Origin: Lama guanicoe
Lineage: Eukaryota
Direction of reading: 5' to 3'
Length of the DNA stretch: 63,580 bases
NCBI GenBank assembly: GCA_013239625.1
Contig: MU054187.1
Coordinates: 24,120,853 to 24,184,432, forward strand
Shown here piece by piece: positions 24,681-39,240 of the stretch. Below the pieces are notes generated by a model. It worked only from the letters and a program-made list of their open reading frames with translations, was not told the origin of the DNA and ran no database searches. Positions within the stretch are counted from its first letter, which is position 1. Each line of letters starts with the position of its first letter. A program made the translations under genes and the position numbers.

Positions 24681-25104
24681 TCTCAGTTCTCCAGCCTGAC
24701 CATCTTCCTTGGGGTTTGTTCCACCTTAATTAGATCCCCAGTCCTCACCCATGAGAACCTGTGAGGAAGTTGACTGACTTCGCAGTATCTTCTATGGCTT
24801 TTAAAACTGAGGCTTACTAATCTTATGTACCTTACAATTGTTTGCACTCACTATGTCCTTACTAAATGTTGTTCACAGCATATTTAACCTTCAAAGGTGA
24901 GGGAAGGAAAGGGAAATAGACACCAGAGTTCTTTCCTCTTTATCTCCTGCAAAAGAGCCTCTCTGAATTACATTTCCAGGCCCCCAGATTTTGAAATTCT
25001 TTTGCTAAGCCTCCTTGCAAACCCACATCCCACAGCCTCCTTCCTCTGAAGTCTTCTTATCCTTTTTCTCCAGAGAGAAAAGCCTGTCAAAGGGGTATTG
25101 TTTT

Positions 25105-25248
25105 ATCAATTTCTGGTCCCTTTTATTTCTTGTTCTTGCCTGATTGCTGTGGCTAGTACTTCCAAGACTATGTTGAATAGGAGTGGTGGGAGTGGACAAT
25201 CTTGTCCTGGATTTTAGTGGGAAGGTTTTCAGTTTTTCACAAAAAAAA
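25105..25248 (-). mobile_element. Short inverted L1 ORF2 fragment followed by a plus-strand A8
   Basis: Reverse complement matches ~247-385 of the first L1. Imperfect direct repeats aaaggggtattgtttt (25089-25104) and aaagggagtaatgtttt (25246-25262). Confidence 0.85.
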
Positions 25249-26947
25249 GGGAGTAATGTTTTGACCACTCTTATCCCAGGTAGAGAGCCCAAGCTACCCC
25301 TCTGGCCATTGATGGCAATGATGCAAATCATATCCTCATTTCAGACATCTTACACACAAAAAATGCAAAGAATGGGGGAAAGGTATGGGTTTTATAGTTC
25401 TGTTCTTTTCATAATAAAGTAATTTTCATATTAAACATTATTTTCCTATTTTAATGGGTTTTAACTACTTCTTCAGGGGTATTTTGAGGAAGGCTGGAGC
25501 TGCATAAGAGGAAAAGTGATGGAAGTCCCCATGTTTGGATCCTTGTATCATTGCAAATTACTTCTTGCCATTTAATCATAAAATAAATATCCATTACACT
25601 TCAAAATGCTACAAATAATTGACAAGCTGAGTGTTACCTCAGTGCTTATGAGTACACTTTAAATAAGCCAAAAGTTTAAAAGAAAATCATCAGAGTCCAC
25701 CTCATTCAAATTAAGTCCATAGTGCTCACCTTGTGCAATACATTTACACACATGCTCAAGCTTACCCAGAACGGAAGGAAATTCTGATACAAGATTTTCT
25801 GATGACAACTTCAGTATAGGATTTTCCCCCCTTACCAAGAATCTTAGGCATTTATTCTGACCCTCATTCCTTCATCTTATTTGCAAAGTCCATTGGAGCA
25901 AAGAGACTGGGCATCGCAGTCTATGGTTTCTAAATAGACTTGGTATAGAGGTTTTCTGGGTCACATATGCTCCCTCAGTTTCCTGCTACAGTCTGATATT
26001 AAGCATGTGGGATTCATGGAGAAGGAATCTGCAAACACTATGTTTTTTAACGAAAGGGATCCCAAACTAGGTTACTCATTAAAACCTCTTCAATAGAGAA
26101 ATGATCTGAAAAGGGGACTGGAGCTAAGAAACTGCTGAAAAGGAATGTGCTGATCCCCATGTGTGAGAAATACACATTTGAATATTCCACTGAACAGGCT
26201 GCATTTTCAATGTTATTTGTCAACTCAGCATAGCTATTATCTTCCCCTGTTCCTTCTCTCTTCATCTTTTTTATTGAAAACCTAAATTTCACTCTATTAT
26301 ACATGTAAATTAGAAATATTAAGAGTTAAATAATTTTGTTCATTTTAAGCAACATGAAAAACTCTGTGACAGAAAAATTATCTTTTTCATGTAGTGTAAT
26401 AACAGTGTTTGAATTCCACCATTGTTTCTCTTCAACTAGATGTGCACAGTAAACACTGTAGGTTGGTTTACTCTAAATATGTGTTTTGCTGAACATGCTT
26501 GAGAATACAAAAAGCAGTTAAATCACTTTCTTAAACTATTTCTATGTTTTGTCATGGTTCATCTCTAGGAGGTGGTTACTATGTTACTTTGCTCTATTTG
26601 CAATTGCTGGATATGTTAGAGACAATGAATCTCCAACATATGTGCCCCTGGGGAGATTAAACTGAGCACCACGTAGCCACCAGACTCTGCTCCTGCTCAG
26701 CCTTCAAGATGCAGCCCAGTGTCACCTCTCTGTGAAGTACTTCTCAACAACCTCAGATCACAGTCATCCCTTCTTCTGGTCTTCCACAGCACTTGATTTA
26801 AAATTCTCTTAAAACACTTGTTGCTAGATTGCAATGTATCTGTTTCTGCATCTGTTTTGTTGACTAGATTGTAAGTTATCGAGCTTCTTAGATAGTGTTT
26901 CAGTTATCTTTGCTGTTTTCACAGTGCCCAAATTGTATTGATTTAAT

Positions 26948-27060
26948 TTGGGTAAACAACTCCCCTAATTTGCCAAAGACTGAGAAGTTCCCTGGGAGGC
27001 AGGACTTTCAGTGCGAATACAAGGACAGTCTAAGCAAATTGGGAAACTAGTTATCTTATT
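26948..27060. mobile_element. hAT-Blackjack MITE (MER81-like)
   Basis: gggtaaacaac...gcaggactttcagtgc...ggacagtc...agttatctta. Confidence 0.6.
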
Positions 27061-27444
27061 AAGCATTTACTATATACAAGATACTTTATAATCACAATTC
27101 TTCTAGGTCTCAAAGTTCATTCTTCATTGAGTAATGCATAACCATCCTGTGGGCTGTTCTAGGGACTTGGTCAATCAGTACACAAAGCAGACAAAGACCA
27201 TGCCTTCAGTAAGCTTCTATTCTTTTGTGAACTTGGAGATAAATATTTGCTTTCCATTTTGCAGATGGCAAAAATTTTGTTCAGAGAGTGGAAGTAGTTG
27301 CTCAAAGTCCCTTAGTACGTAGCTCACATTGGTCTCTTTGATGTTAAGTGAAGGCTTTTATTTCCCCTGAATTCATGTACTTCCTTTTACAGAAGAAATC
27401 TATTTCTTAGAATGACTACCAAAGAAGTCTTTAAAGAGTCTATG

Positions 27445-28725
27445 GATTGTTCATAGTAGTCTCTTATGATCCTTTGTATTTAGATTTTTTTTTTCCTTTC
27501 CAACTTTATCGATTTAGTCTCTCCTCCCCACTTTGTTTCTGGATGAGTCTGACTAGGGATTTATCAAATTTGTTTATCTTTTCAAAGAACCAGCTCTTAG
27601 TTTCATTGATTTTTTTCTATTTTTCTTAGTATCTATGTCACTTATTTTTGCTCAGACCTTTATGATTTATTTCCTTCTACTAACTTTGGATTTTGTTTGT
27701 TCATCTTTCTCTAGTCGTTCCTTTAAGTATAAGGTTAGGTTGTTTACGTGAGAATTTTCTTGTTTCCTGAAGTAGACTTGTGTCACTGTAACTTCCCTCT
27801 TAGAACTGTTTTTTTGCTGTGTCCCGTAGGTTTTGGGTCATCACGTTTTTGTTTTCATTTGTCTCTAGGTATTTTTTTTTTGATTTCCTGTTTAATTTCT
27901 TCAATGATCCATTGGTTGTTTAGCAGAATATTGTTTTGGCCTCCATATGTTTGTGTTTTTTGCAGTTTTTTTTTTCTTGTAGTTGATTTCTAGTCTCATA
28001 GTGTTGTGGTCAGAAAAGATGTTTGACATAATTTCAATCTTCTTAAATATATGGAGGCTCATTTTGTGGCCTTGCATGTGATCTGTCCTGGAGAATGTTC
28101 CATGTGCACTAGAGAAGAATGTGCATTCTACTGCTTTCAGATGGACTTCTCTCTCTATATATAAATTAAGACTATCTGGTCTAATGTGTCATTGAAGGCT
28201 TATATTTCCTTACTGATTTTTCTTTCTGGATCATCTGTCCATCAGTGTAAGTGGAGTGTTAAAGTCCCCTACCATTATTGTGTTACTGTCAACTTATCCT
28301 TTTATGTCTGTTAATATTTGCCTTACAAAATGAGGTCCCCCTATATTGGGTGCATATATATATTTAGGATTATTATGTTTTCTTGAATTGACCCCTTGAT
28401 CATTAGGTAGTGTCCTTCTCTGTCTGTTGTAACAGTCTTTATTTTAAATTCTACTTTGTCTGATGTAAGTATTACTACTCCAGCTTTCTTTTGATTTCCA
28501 TTTGCATAGAATACCTGTTTTTATCTTCTCACTTTCAGTCTGTGTGTGTCTCTAGATTTGAAGTGAGTCTCTTGTATGCAGCATATATAGGAGACTTTCT
28601 TTAATATCCATTCAGCCATTGCATGTCTTTTGGTCGGAGCATTTAGTCCATTTACATTTAAGGTAATTGTCGATGTACATGTTCTTATTGCCATTTTGTT
28701 AATTGTTTTATAGGTCTTTTTCTTT

Positions 28726-28781
<56 letters not shown>

Positions 28782-28995
28782 TTCTTTCTTCTTTTGTTCT
28801 CTTCTCTTCTGATTTGATGACTACCTTTAGTATTATGGTTGGATTCCTCTTTCTTTTCTGTGCGTGTATCTATTACAGATTTGGGGTTTGTGGTTGCCGT
28901 GAGGTTTTTGTGTAGGAGTCTATGTATATTTACAGACTGTATTTATATATATGAATGACTATTTTAAGTTGCTTATCTCTTATTTTCTAATGCAA
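27445..28995 (-). mobile_element. Older L1 internal fragment (ORF2 endonuclease region and upstream), with (TTTC)n at ~28717-28790
   Basis: tttcaaagaaccagctc, tggtcagaaaagat, ctggagaatgttccatgtgcact, aaagtcccctaccattattg. Confidence 0.9.
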
Positions 28996-29744
28996 TAACA
29001 AAGAATCTATGCATTGCCATGAGTAAAATTAGGTATTTCTTTCACTAACATCTAAATGAAAGCAAACATCGCTATTGAAGACAAAATGTCCAATCTCCAC
29101 ACTTACTAAAGTCAGACTTATTATTTAAAGGAAATACTCTGCAAATGGTGACTTTGTGAATTTGATGTCATAATCAGTAGATAAAGCATCAGATTTACCC
29201 AAATCTAATAGCAGTTGGCCTAATTATTTCAAACCCATTCTGAACTGGAAATGTTTTTAGAACAATGAGAGCAAACAAGCAACAAGACTTTTCTCTAGTG
29301 TCTTTTACTTTTTTTATCTTTAAATTTTTTATTCCTATTTTAATATAGTAGTTTACCATGGACATTAGTGTAACATAAAATAAACATGGAAACATACAAG
29401 ATTAAATTTTGAATAAGAGGAGGAAGAGGCCCAACGTGAGGGAAGTCTCACCTAACACTTAAGGAGGCAAAGAACTTGGCTCTGCCTGTCTAAGCGTATA
29501 GAGGTTCCTGTGGTCACCTCTGGCCACATGGAGGGGCATTCTCTCCTGCATCATTAAATTAAGGAGGGAATACACCCAAGTGAATCCCTTCACCCTACTG
29601 CAAAACTAAATAACATACAGGTTATTAAAAGGGGAAAGGTCTCCAGTTAAGTTTATTGGAAGACAACAAACATGTCTCCTGTCTTCCTAGGTAGAACCAG
29701 TTCCATAAATCTGGTTAGTTAACATGATGTCAATATATAAAGGT

Positions 29745-30430
29745 CACATTTTATCAATTCCGAGATGCACATTTCTAAAAATCGTTGCTGAGATAAAAAT
29801 TCATCCTATAATCTACAGCATTTTACAGTCTCTGTTTGCATAGAGATACTCCTGGTGCCGTTGTAACTTACTTGTCCATGTGTGAGCCTGGTGGAGATTC
29901 CTGGAGCCATTCAGGAGCTCCTCAAATGCTCAGACTTGCAAGCATTTGAGGGTGATTGACTAGGGAGTATGCCTGTATTTATATCCAGGCTATTGTCTGA
30001 AAAATTTCACTAACACTTTCTGGTAAGTTCAGGAAAGCACCAGTATTAAAACTTGCAGAATAGCTGTCAGTTGTTTGGAAAAAACATTTACTGAGACAAT
30101 AGTGAACAATTTTTAAATAAGTGCTGTATCACCAACTTTCTTTAGAACACAGTGTGAAAATGTACTAAAAATAGATACGGCACCGATTCATAGGAGAAGG
30201 ACTATGAATGTAAAGAAGTTTTAGGATTTCTTACCTACTTTATCTTACATTTTCCTTTGCAGTTTGGAAATTATACTATTCGGTTTTTAAAAATCATTTT
30301 AAACTCTCTATAGCATTTTTCACTAAAGAAATAATGTTGCTAAGTAACAGAAAAATAGTACACTAGCTCTACTAGTATGTTTAAAACTTCTTGACTGTTC
30401 CCTAAATCATAGTGTGCTGATTTAATGAAC
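29745..30430 (+). mobile_element. TcMar-Tc2 DNA transposon fossil (Kanga1/MER104-like)
   Basis: attttatcaattccgagatgcacattt at the left end; aaacttgcagaa...gagacaatagtg...tgctgtatcaccaac transposase remnant. Confidence 0.6.
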
Positions 30431-31291
30431 TAGTGTTTTTATCATCCAGATGACATCAGAAAAGGATTTTTTCTAAATACTACACTAAACAAGAAGAGGG
30501 GTAATAGAATTTTATGCATCACTTGAAGATAGAGAAACTGAGAGAAAAGACAACATCATGGGGTCATGAAAGCATTCTAAACAGAATAAAATTTTTAAAA
30601 AACCCGTTTTAAAAAACTTCTTTTTGAAGAAGTCAAAGAAAAGCATAATAGTGACAATAATTACTATGGAAAACTGATAAACATTTTGGAAATCATCTAT
30701 TTTACTTCCAATAAAATTGAAAGAATAAACCTAAAAAATGAGAAGTAATAAGTGTGATGGAAATCCAGTAGAAGTAAAAGTTGAGATGGAAAGAAACCAA
30801 GTCAACTAAGAAAATCTTTTGAGGAAACCATATGATAGAATGATAATCAGCCTGCAAGCACTGCAGACAATCTAATCAGCAATGTAAAAGATAAACCAGA
30901 GTCATTATTCCAGAATTCACAAAAGTAGAAGTGTTTTTTTCTTACTCTCCCCAATGGCACTTTTATGGAAACATTCTATCTCATAATTGAATGTTGTCTG
31001 TGCTCTAACTGTCTATGAATTTAGCTGTTCTCTCCCTATGAATGGATAATAGTTCAGAAAAGGAATATCTTGGGAAGTTTAGACAGATAAACACCAACTA
31101 CACATAAGCTACAACTAATGGTTGTAGACTCTTTGATCCAGAAGGAGCAGGACTGAGGACTGGAAATAGAGGCTGAGTCTAAGGGCCAGAGTCTCAGTCC
31201 TTGCATCAAGGGATACAATAAGCCAGCTCAGCAGTAAGACTTTTGAGTTACTCAGGCCAATCATTTATTCTTTTTGCTTCAACCAGTTAAG

Positions 31292-31293
<2 letters not shown>

Positions 31294-31338
<45 letters not shown>
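31294..31338. repeat. (GT)n microsatellite
   Basis: Seen directly. Confidence 0.95.
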
Positions 31339-31342
<4 letters not shown>

Positions 31343-31526
31343 AGAGAAAGAGAGAGAGAGCCTGAGGTACTGCTTCTAAAAAAAAAAAAGGTGATAAAGT
31401 TGGTAATGCCAAAATAAGAATAATGCATCTAACAGACAGGAGAGCACAAGGGAGTGTGCCACGTCTCCAGCACCACTTTTCTCTCAAAGGTAATTTAAAA
31501 TTACTGGTCAATACTGCCCTAGTTTA

Positions 31527-32574
31527 GAAAACATTTGCAAATGATGTGACTGAAAAGGGCTTAATTTCCAGAATATGCAAGCAGCTCATACAACCTAATA
31601 ACAACAACGACAGAATACAACCCAATCCCAAAATGGGCAGGAGACCTAAACAAGCAGTTCTCCAATGAAGACACACAAATGGCCAACAGACACATGAAAA
31701 AATGCTCAATATCACTAATTATCAGAGAAATGCAAATCACAACTACAATGAGGTGTCACCTCACACCAGTCAAAATATCCATCATTTAAAAATCCACAAA
31801 TGATAAATGCTGGAGAGGGTGTGGAGAAAAGGGAACCCTCCTACACTGTTGGTGGGAATGTAATTTGGTGCAGCCACTATAGAAAACATTATGGAGATTC
31901 CTTAAAAAACTAAAAATAGACTTACCATATGGTCCAGCAATACCACTCCTGAGTCTATATGCAGGAGAAACTAATTCAAAAAGATATATGCACCCCAATG
32001 TTCACAGCAGCGCTGTTTACAACAGCCAAGACATGGAAACAGCCTAAATGTCCATCAACAGATGACAGGATAAAGAAGAGGTGGTATATTTATTTATACA
32101 ATGGAATGCTACTCAGCCATAAAAAAGAATAAAATAATGCCATTTGCAGCAACATGGATGGACCGGGAGATCATCATTCTAAGTGAACTGAGCCAGAAAG
32201 GGAAAGAAAAATACCGTATGATATCACTTATATGTGGAATCTTAAAAAGAGAGAGAGAGAGAGACACAAATGAACTTATTTACAAAACAGAGACAGACTC
32301 AGAGACATAGAAAACAAACTTATGGTTACTAGGTGGGAAGGGGATGGGAAGAGATAAATTGGGAGTTCAAGATTTTTCAGACTAACTACTACATTTAAAA
32401 TAGATAAACTACAATTTTATACTCTATAGAAAGGGGAATTAAATTCAGTATCTTTTAGTAAACTATAGAAAAGTAATATGAAAAGGAATTTATGTATGCA
32501 TTTGTATGATTGAAATATTATACTGTGCACTAGAATTTGACACACTGTAAACTGACTATTCTTCAATAAAAAAA
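31527..32574 (+). mobile_element. 5'-truncated L1 (ORF2 C-terminus plus 3' UTR)
   Basis: ORF2 C-terminal motifs; 14-bp TSD actgccctagttta (31513-31526, 32575-32588). Confidence 0.95.
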
Positions 32575-33643
32575 ACTGCCCTAGTTTAAAAAAAATAGTA
32601 ACAATCTATAGCATTAGCCTAATATTATCTAGAGTATTCTTGAAATTATACTAGTAAACACATCTTTGCTTACTTTAATTGAGTAGGCTGGTCAAACAAA
32701 TGCTCAACCGTATTTTACAGCAGGAAACAAGGTACATAGCTTTACATAAAAATAATGGCACAAAAGTTCACCTACTATCTAATCATAGGCGGTAGATGGA
32801 AGTGTTTGGACTTTGCTAATATCTGTGATTTCCCAATTACCTTTTGCTTGTCAGTCCCTGAGCTAGGGTCTTTACACGGTCTACTTATTACTACAAAACT
32901 CACTACAAAACCGTTTTAGAAGATGAGAAAATATCAGAAAGGCTAAGTCACTTATCCCAATTAACAACACTAGTCATTCAAAACTAGGTTTCTCAGGCTC
33001 CTAAGTCTGTCTCTCTATATTCTTTCCACTTCAAGGAAATATGTTGCTTTGAGAAACTATTTTTGGGCTACTTATAATGGCTTCTACATAGTCATTTGCC
33101 ACATGAAATTTTCAAATGAAAGGAGTGTTACTTTAACTATCACTTGTTACTCTCCACACACATTACTTTAATATGGATTTGAGTTAATCAGTTAAATATC
33201 AACCCCAAATGCCTACAAGGACCTTCTGTTTGTAATATGGGAAAACCACAGTGTAGTTTTCCTTACCTCCCGACAATAGTAGCATTATAAAATCTCTAAT
33301 ACCCAGGTATAAAAATTTTTTCTTATATCTTCTCCATGAAAGTAAAACAAAATGCAAGAGTTACATGCAATTGCAGATATGAATATTCACCCTATCTGCA
33401 TTTGATTTTTGTTAATGGAGTAGCTTCACTACATTAATCGCAGAATACCTTCATAAAATAAGCGGCATTCATATTTTTATAAAACATCACAGTATAATAT
33501 GTGAATTATAAGGTAATAGAAACATTCTGAATATAAACATAAATATTACCAAGTACTTAATTTAACACAACGAGGAACTCATTTTGATAAAATGTTACAT
33601 CACATGTTTACTTATTACATAAAAATGAAATCCACACCACTAA

Positions 33644-34785
33644 TTTTTTTTTCACATTTTTTCTCTGTGATTTATCATAACATTTTGTGTATATTTCCCT
33701 GTGCTATACAGTGTAATCTTGTTTATCTATCCTACAATTTTGAAATCCCAGTCTATCCCTTCCCACCCTCTACCCCCCTGGTAACGAGAAGTCTGTATTC
33801 TCTGTACATGAGTCTATTTCTGTCCTGTATTTATGCTTTGTTTTTGTTTGTTTGTTTGTTTTTGTTTTTGTTTTTTAGATTTCACATATGAGCGATCTCA
33901 TATGGTATTTTTCTTTCTCTTTCTGGCTTACTTCACTTAGAATGACATTCTCTAGGAGCATCCATGTTGCTGCAAATGGCATTATGTTGTCGGTTTTTAT
34001 GGCTGAGTAGTATTCCATTGTATAAATATACCACCTCTTCTTTATCCAGTCACCTGTTGATGGACATTTAGGCTGTTTCCATGTTTTGGCTATTGTAAAT
34101 AGTGCTGCTATGAACATTGGGGTGCAGGTGTCATCCTGAAGTAGATTTCCTTCTGGATACAAGCCCAGGAGTGGGATTCCTGGGTCATATGGTAAGTCTA
34201 TTCCTAGTCTTTTGAGGAATCTCCACACTGTTTTCCACAGTGGCTGCACCAAACTGCATTCCCACCAGTAATGTAGGAGGGTTCCCCTTTCTCCACAGCC
34301 TCTCCAGCATTTGTCATTTGTGGATTTTTGAATGACGGCCATTCTGACTGGTGTGAGGTGATACCTCATTGTAGTTTTGATTTGCATTTCTCTGATAATT
34401 AGTGATATTGAGCATTTTTTTTCATGTGCTTTTTGATCATTTGTATGTCTTCCTTGGAGAATTGCTTGTTTAGGTCTTCTGCCCATTTTTGGATTGGGTT
34501 GTTTTATTTTTTTCTTATTGAGTCATATGAGCTGCTTATATGTTCTGGAGATCAAGCCTTTGTCGGTTTCACTTGCAAAAATTTTCTCCCATTCCGTAGG
34601 TTTTCTTCTTGTTTTACTTCTGGTTTCCTTTGCTGTGAAGAAGCTTGTAAGTTTCATTAGGTCCCATTTGTTTATTCTTGCTTTTATTTCTTGTAGGAGA
34701 AAATTTTTGAAATGTATGTCAGATAATGTTTTGCCTATGTTTTCCTCTAGGAGGTTTATTGTATCTTGTCTTATGTTTAAATCTT
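33644..34785 (-). mobile_element. Young L1, 5'-truncated and missing the terminal ~90 nt of the 3' UTR
   Basis: ORFs 33875-34486 and 34523-34849 encode the ORF2 C-terminus. The 3' end stops at aaaaaatgtga plus an A-run. Confidence 0.95.
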
Positions 34786-37700
34786 TAAACATTATCAAGT
34801 AACTTTTATGTAGTTCATATGTTAGATGGAAATAAAGATATTTAATCATTATACATTATTTAAAATTATTATTATTTATCAACTAAATATTCATGTGTTT
34901 CTGCACAAGTAGTAGACATTGGAAATCTTAAGATACCATAACCAATATTCTGAACAAGTAATATGCTGAGGTTCTGTCTGAACAACACCAGCTGCATTTT
35001 ATGTACAGAAGAAAAGTGATAAGGTTTGTCTTAATGGCAAATCCAATGTGACTTCACAAGACACTTTTTAAAGCTTCCCTTTATTTAGCCCTTAGTAGCT
35101 GTGCAAAACTGGGCATGTTACTTTATTTCTCAGACCTGAAAATACATTTGATTAAGTGGAGATGAATGTGTACCTCTTTGGGCTGTTATAAGTACATCCT
35201 ATAACATATGTAAGGGAATAATGTAGCATCCACATATATCAAGCAGCAAAGCCAAAATTGAGCCCTCCTCTGACTCCAAAGTCCATTACAGAACCTCTCG
35301 TTTGATTAAATGTGTCACCAAAGCTGCTGTTTCTTCTTGGCTGAGACCCCCCCCCCGAACTCTTTAAAGGAGTTCATATAATTTAAAATGTCTGATGTGT
35401 TCCCCCAAATGGCAAGAATTGGAATACAAATTTCTCAATAATCCAAGGAACCTGACTGCAGAAAATCTCTACCAAGCAAAAATACAGATGATTCTACTGA
35501 GTCCGTGTGCTGTTGATTCTGGTGAGGAAAGCAAGGAAGTTTAGAACCAGAATGAAAGTGAAACCTACACCTATTCTTTATTCAACTCCCATCTGGTAGG
35601 AAGCACACTTAGAACTTAGAAAGAAGCAATATAGATACTTTGGGTAGGAAGACTAGAGTTCCCTAGTAAATTTATGGTGCCTGCCACTGAACTTGTTCTG
35701 TATCAGACTGAAGGGAACTGTATCACCTTTTAGCAACTACCAAATGATTTCTTTCTGCAGGGATATAACAAAACAAAACAAAACAAAACAAGTGTTCTCA
35801 CAGAATACTTTTAAACTATGTGAAAAGTACATATATGTGTAAAATAATCTTTCAAGTCTAACTCAGTCTCTCAACCAGGTATGCTATGCCCTCTCTTGAT
35901 CACCAACTGATAGCATTTTGTTTGCCTGTCTTCTGACACTGGCCTTGTTCTTAATTTTATTATAGCTATTTGTTCTCTTACCTCGTTTTCTCCAATAAAG
36001 ACAAAGTGTTGAAAAGTGGAACATATTTCATTCATTTATACACTCAAGAAATATTTGTTAAGGGATTACTATATGCAAGGCACAAAAACTCAAGAGATTG
36101 TAAAGACTATCAGATCTGTTCAAACTCATTGATCTTATAAATGAATGAGTTAATTTTCCCAAAGAGAGAAGGTGGCCTGTAGAATAAAGTCTCTATCTGA
36201 AATACTAATGAGATATATACTATAAATTGAAACACTTTAGCAATGTTTCCAAGGGACTAAAAATCAATTAGTTTTTAACAGGTGGTAACAAGTCAGAGAA
36301 GTAATTTATCTTCAGTCTTCACCTCTTCATGGAAGTTGACTCTGCATATATTTTCTAAAGTAGTTCAAAGTAGCAGTTTCTCATCAAATATGTCATACCT
36401 ACACATTAGATTATTGAAGTTCATGGTTTTTTACTTTACTCATTTTATTATGGCATTTTTCCTTAAGGACCTATTCATGGATGGCAGCTCACAATAATGG
36501 GTAGATGTAATTCAACTGTATAAAATATGAAAATATATTCCCAAGAGAAATGTCAAATAGTATAAAAGTGACAGAAACTAAGCTACAGCATAGCATGCTT
36601 CTCCTTTCTTTCATACTTGATTACCATATTCTGAATTCAACCACACCTGTGTTTTCTTTGTTACTGAAATTATAACACCTTCTATTATACTGTGTCATTT
36701 GTTGTTAAATGAAGCTAGTTGTGGGGTTATGCATGCAACCAATTTATTCATTAAATCTACTGTGGTAGAAAGGAATGAAAGTTTTTATTATCAATCTTTT
36801 TAATTTCAAGATAGGATATAGTGGAAATCAATATTAGAGAATGCATAATTGCTAAATCTCCTTAAATAATAGACTCATTCATTAAGACAGACTCCTCCCA
36901 ACAGTTGTCTTAAATCATTGACATCGTGTAATTACTTATCAAGGAAGAAATCATACCTAGAGCTGCTGCTTTTGGCAATTACGCGAGATCCTAACATAGT
37001 CCTGAACTTGAATCAATTTGGGTATGCATATAAAATGTTTTAGCAGTAAATTGATTAGAGCAAAGATGGCTACATAAGGAGAAAAGTTATAGCAATATTT
37101 GAAGCTTAGCAAAAATTTTGAAAACCAGCAAGCTTTTTCACAGGATTTGAAGGATCCAAGTGGGAAATGTACAAAAAGAGTACATAAACACACACGCACA
37201 CACATGCGTGTGCGTGCACACACACAAACACACACACAAGATAGCAGGAAATTTTAAATATTTTGAATTAAAAGATATTGCAATATGACTGTATAAACTG
37301 TATAAAGTACAGTATAGGCATTACTTATGAAAGATGAAACTCTTCATTTGTGCCTTAGTAAGCAGGATTTCTGGACATAAAAATTATCTCTTTAAAAAGT
37401 ACAAAACGTAGAAGGTTGAATCATTTTTGAAAGTTACATATATCTTAAGAACATAGCTTCTTTGGTTTTGAATTTTTGCGATCTCAGATATTGAAATTTT
37501 AGAGAAAAATATATGGAAAGACTAAAATGGTGACTGCAGGTTTATTGACTGCACTGAACAGCTGTGACAACTCAGTGCATGGGCAGCGACTTCTAGTTGA
37601 GTTCCAGTGAGTTTTAAATAATAGTCCAATGCAGAAGTCTCTTACTGCAGCTCTTCCTGCCAAGAGAATCAACCTACAATGAATGCTCACTTTAGTACTA

Positions 37701-37854
37701 GCCTGGAATAGGCCGCTTTCTTCTATTGTCATTTGGATAGACGGCAATTGAATATAGTCATTAAAAAGTACATACATATATATATATTATATATGTATAT
37801 ACATACACATACATGCATACACATAGTTTGTGTGTGTGTGTGTGTGTGTGTGTA

Positions 37855-38042
37855 CAGTTGACCCTTAAACAACACAGATTTGAACTGAACTGGTCCACTT
37901 ATACACAAATATTTTTCAATAGTAAATGCTACAGTACTATACAGTCCATGGTAGGTTGAATCTGACGATGTCCAAAAACTACAGATAGGGCTGATAATAT
38001 GTTATACGTGGATTAACCCCCACTTTGTTCAAGGGTCAAATG
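37855..38042. mobile_element. Tigger2-derived MITE (MER8-like)
   Basis: TIRs cagttgacccttaaacaa / ttgttcaagggtcaaatg flanked by TA dinucleotides. Confidence 0.85.
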
Positions 38043-38109
38043 TATTACATATATATTTAATTGGAGATATTTAGATATATAAGTAGATAGATACATAGAT
38101 ATATTTGGA

Positions 38110-38143
<34 letters not shown>

Positions 38144-39039
38144 CCCCAAATCAGTAACCCGTTGGGAGAGAAAACCAAGAAGACTTTGCACAGGAGAAAA
38201 GAATCAGTAATTTGTTTTCAGTATTTATTAAATCTCAGTTTAATATTAATAGTATTTACTTGGAGGAAAATTAAAAATTTCATCACCAATGAATCTTGTT
38301 CTTAATATTTATCTAGATAAGTGAATGTAGGAGTCACAATGCCCTTTGATTCTTATCTCGCTAGCAACATTAATCCCCAAACTTAAATGCTCATTTTTTT
38401 AGTAGCCTTATAAATACTAAGAATAAAAATGTTGCTATGTTAGAGATGTGTCTGATCCTATGAAGTAAAATATGAAGAATCACTCACTGCAGACATTCTA
38501 AACAAGAAGTAGTTTCCTCGTAGTTTTGTTCTGCAAAATTATCACCTTTAATGCATATGTTAATTCTTTAAAACCTATCCTTCACCGGGCATTGTGCAAA
38601 ATTACACACTTGTGAAGACCATAAATTAAAAGCAAAATTAATGAGAACTAGCAACTCACACTGAACAGGCTCTGGTACGTATGTGAAAATGACGGTGCAA
38701 AAACAAACTCTTGACTCTGGATTACTCTCTTCGTGGGTCAATTTTAAAAATAATTCTACATTAAATAGTATTAATAATGAAAAAAGGTGAAAAAAAGGTA
38801 TGACAATAGTTCCAAACAGAAATAAAACTGAAAATTCTGTAAAAATACGGTTAGAATGGTCAAAGTCTTATGACCATTAATCTTATCATTAATTGTTCAA
38901 AGCGATGTGTCCCACTCTGCTCAAACGCTCAATAGAAAAATCCAGACTCTCATATATGTCTCATGACTCTGTTAGATAAGCATTTAGTGTGTAGATACCA
39001 TATGCCACACCTGCAGCCTACTTTTTCTGGGTAAAGTAG

Positions 39040-39240
39040 AGGGCATCATGCACAGTGGTTAAACGTTTAAGCCTGGAGTCAAGTACACCCAGGTTTGATT
39101 TTCATTTCACCACTTACTAGCTGTGTGATCCTGAGCACATTACTGTGCATAGCATTCCACACTTTGGTTTAAATTCTGTAAAGCAGGTAATGATAGCATC
39201 TACTGAAGCACATGGGAGGAGCTCAATAAATATTTTCTGT
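39040..39240 (+). mobile_element. MIR SINE
   Basis: cagtggttaa...ctggagtca...ccacttactagctgtgtgatcctgagca. Confidence 0.7.
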
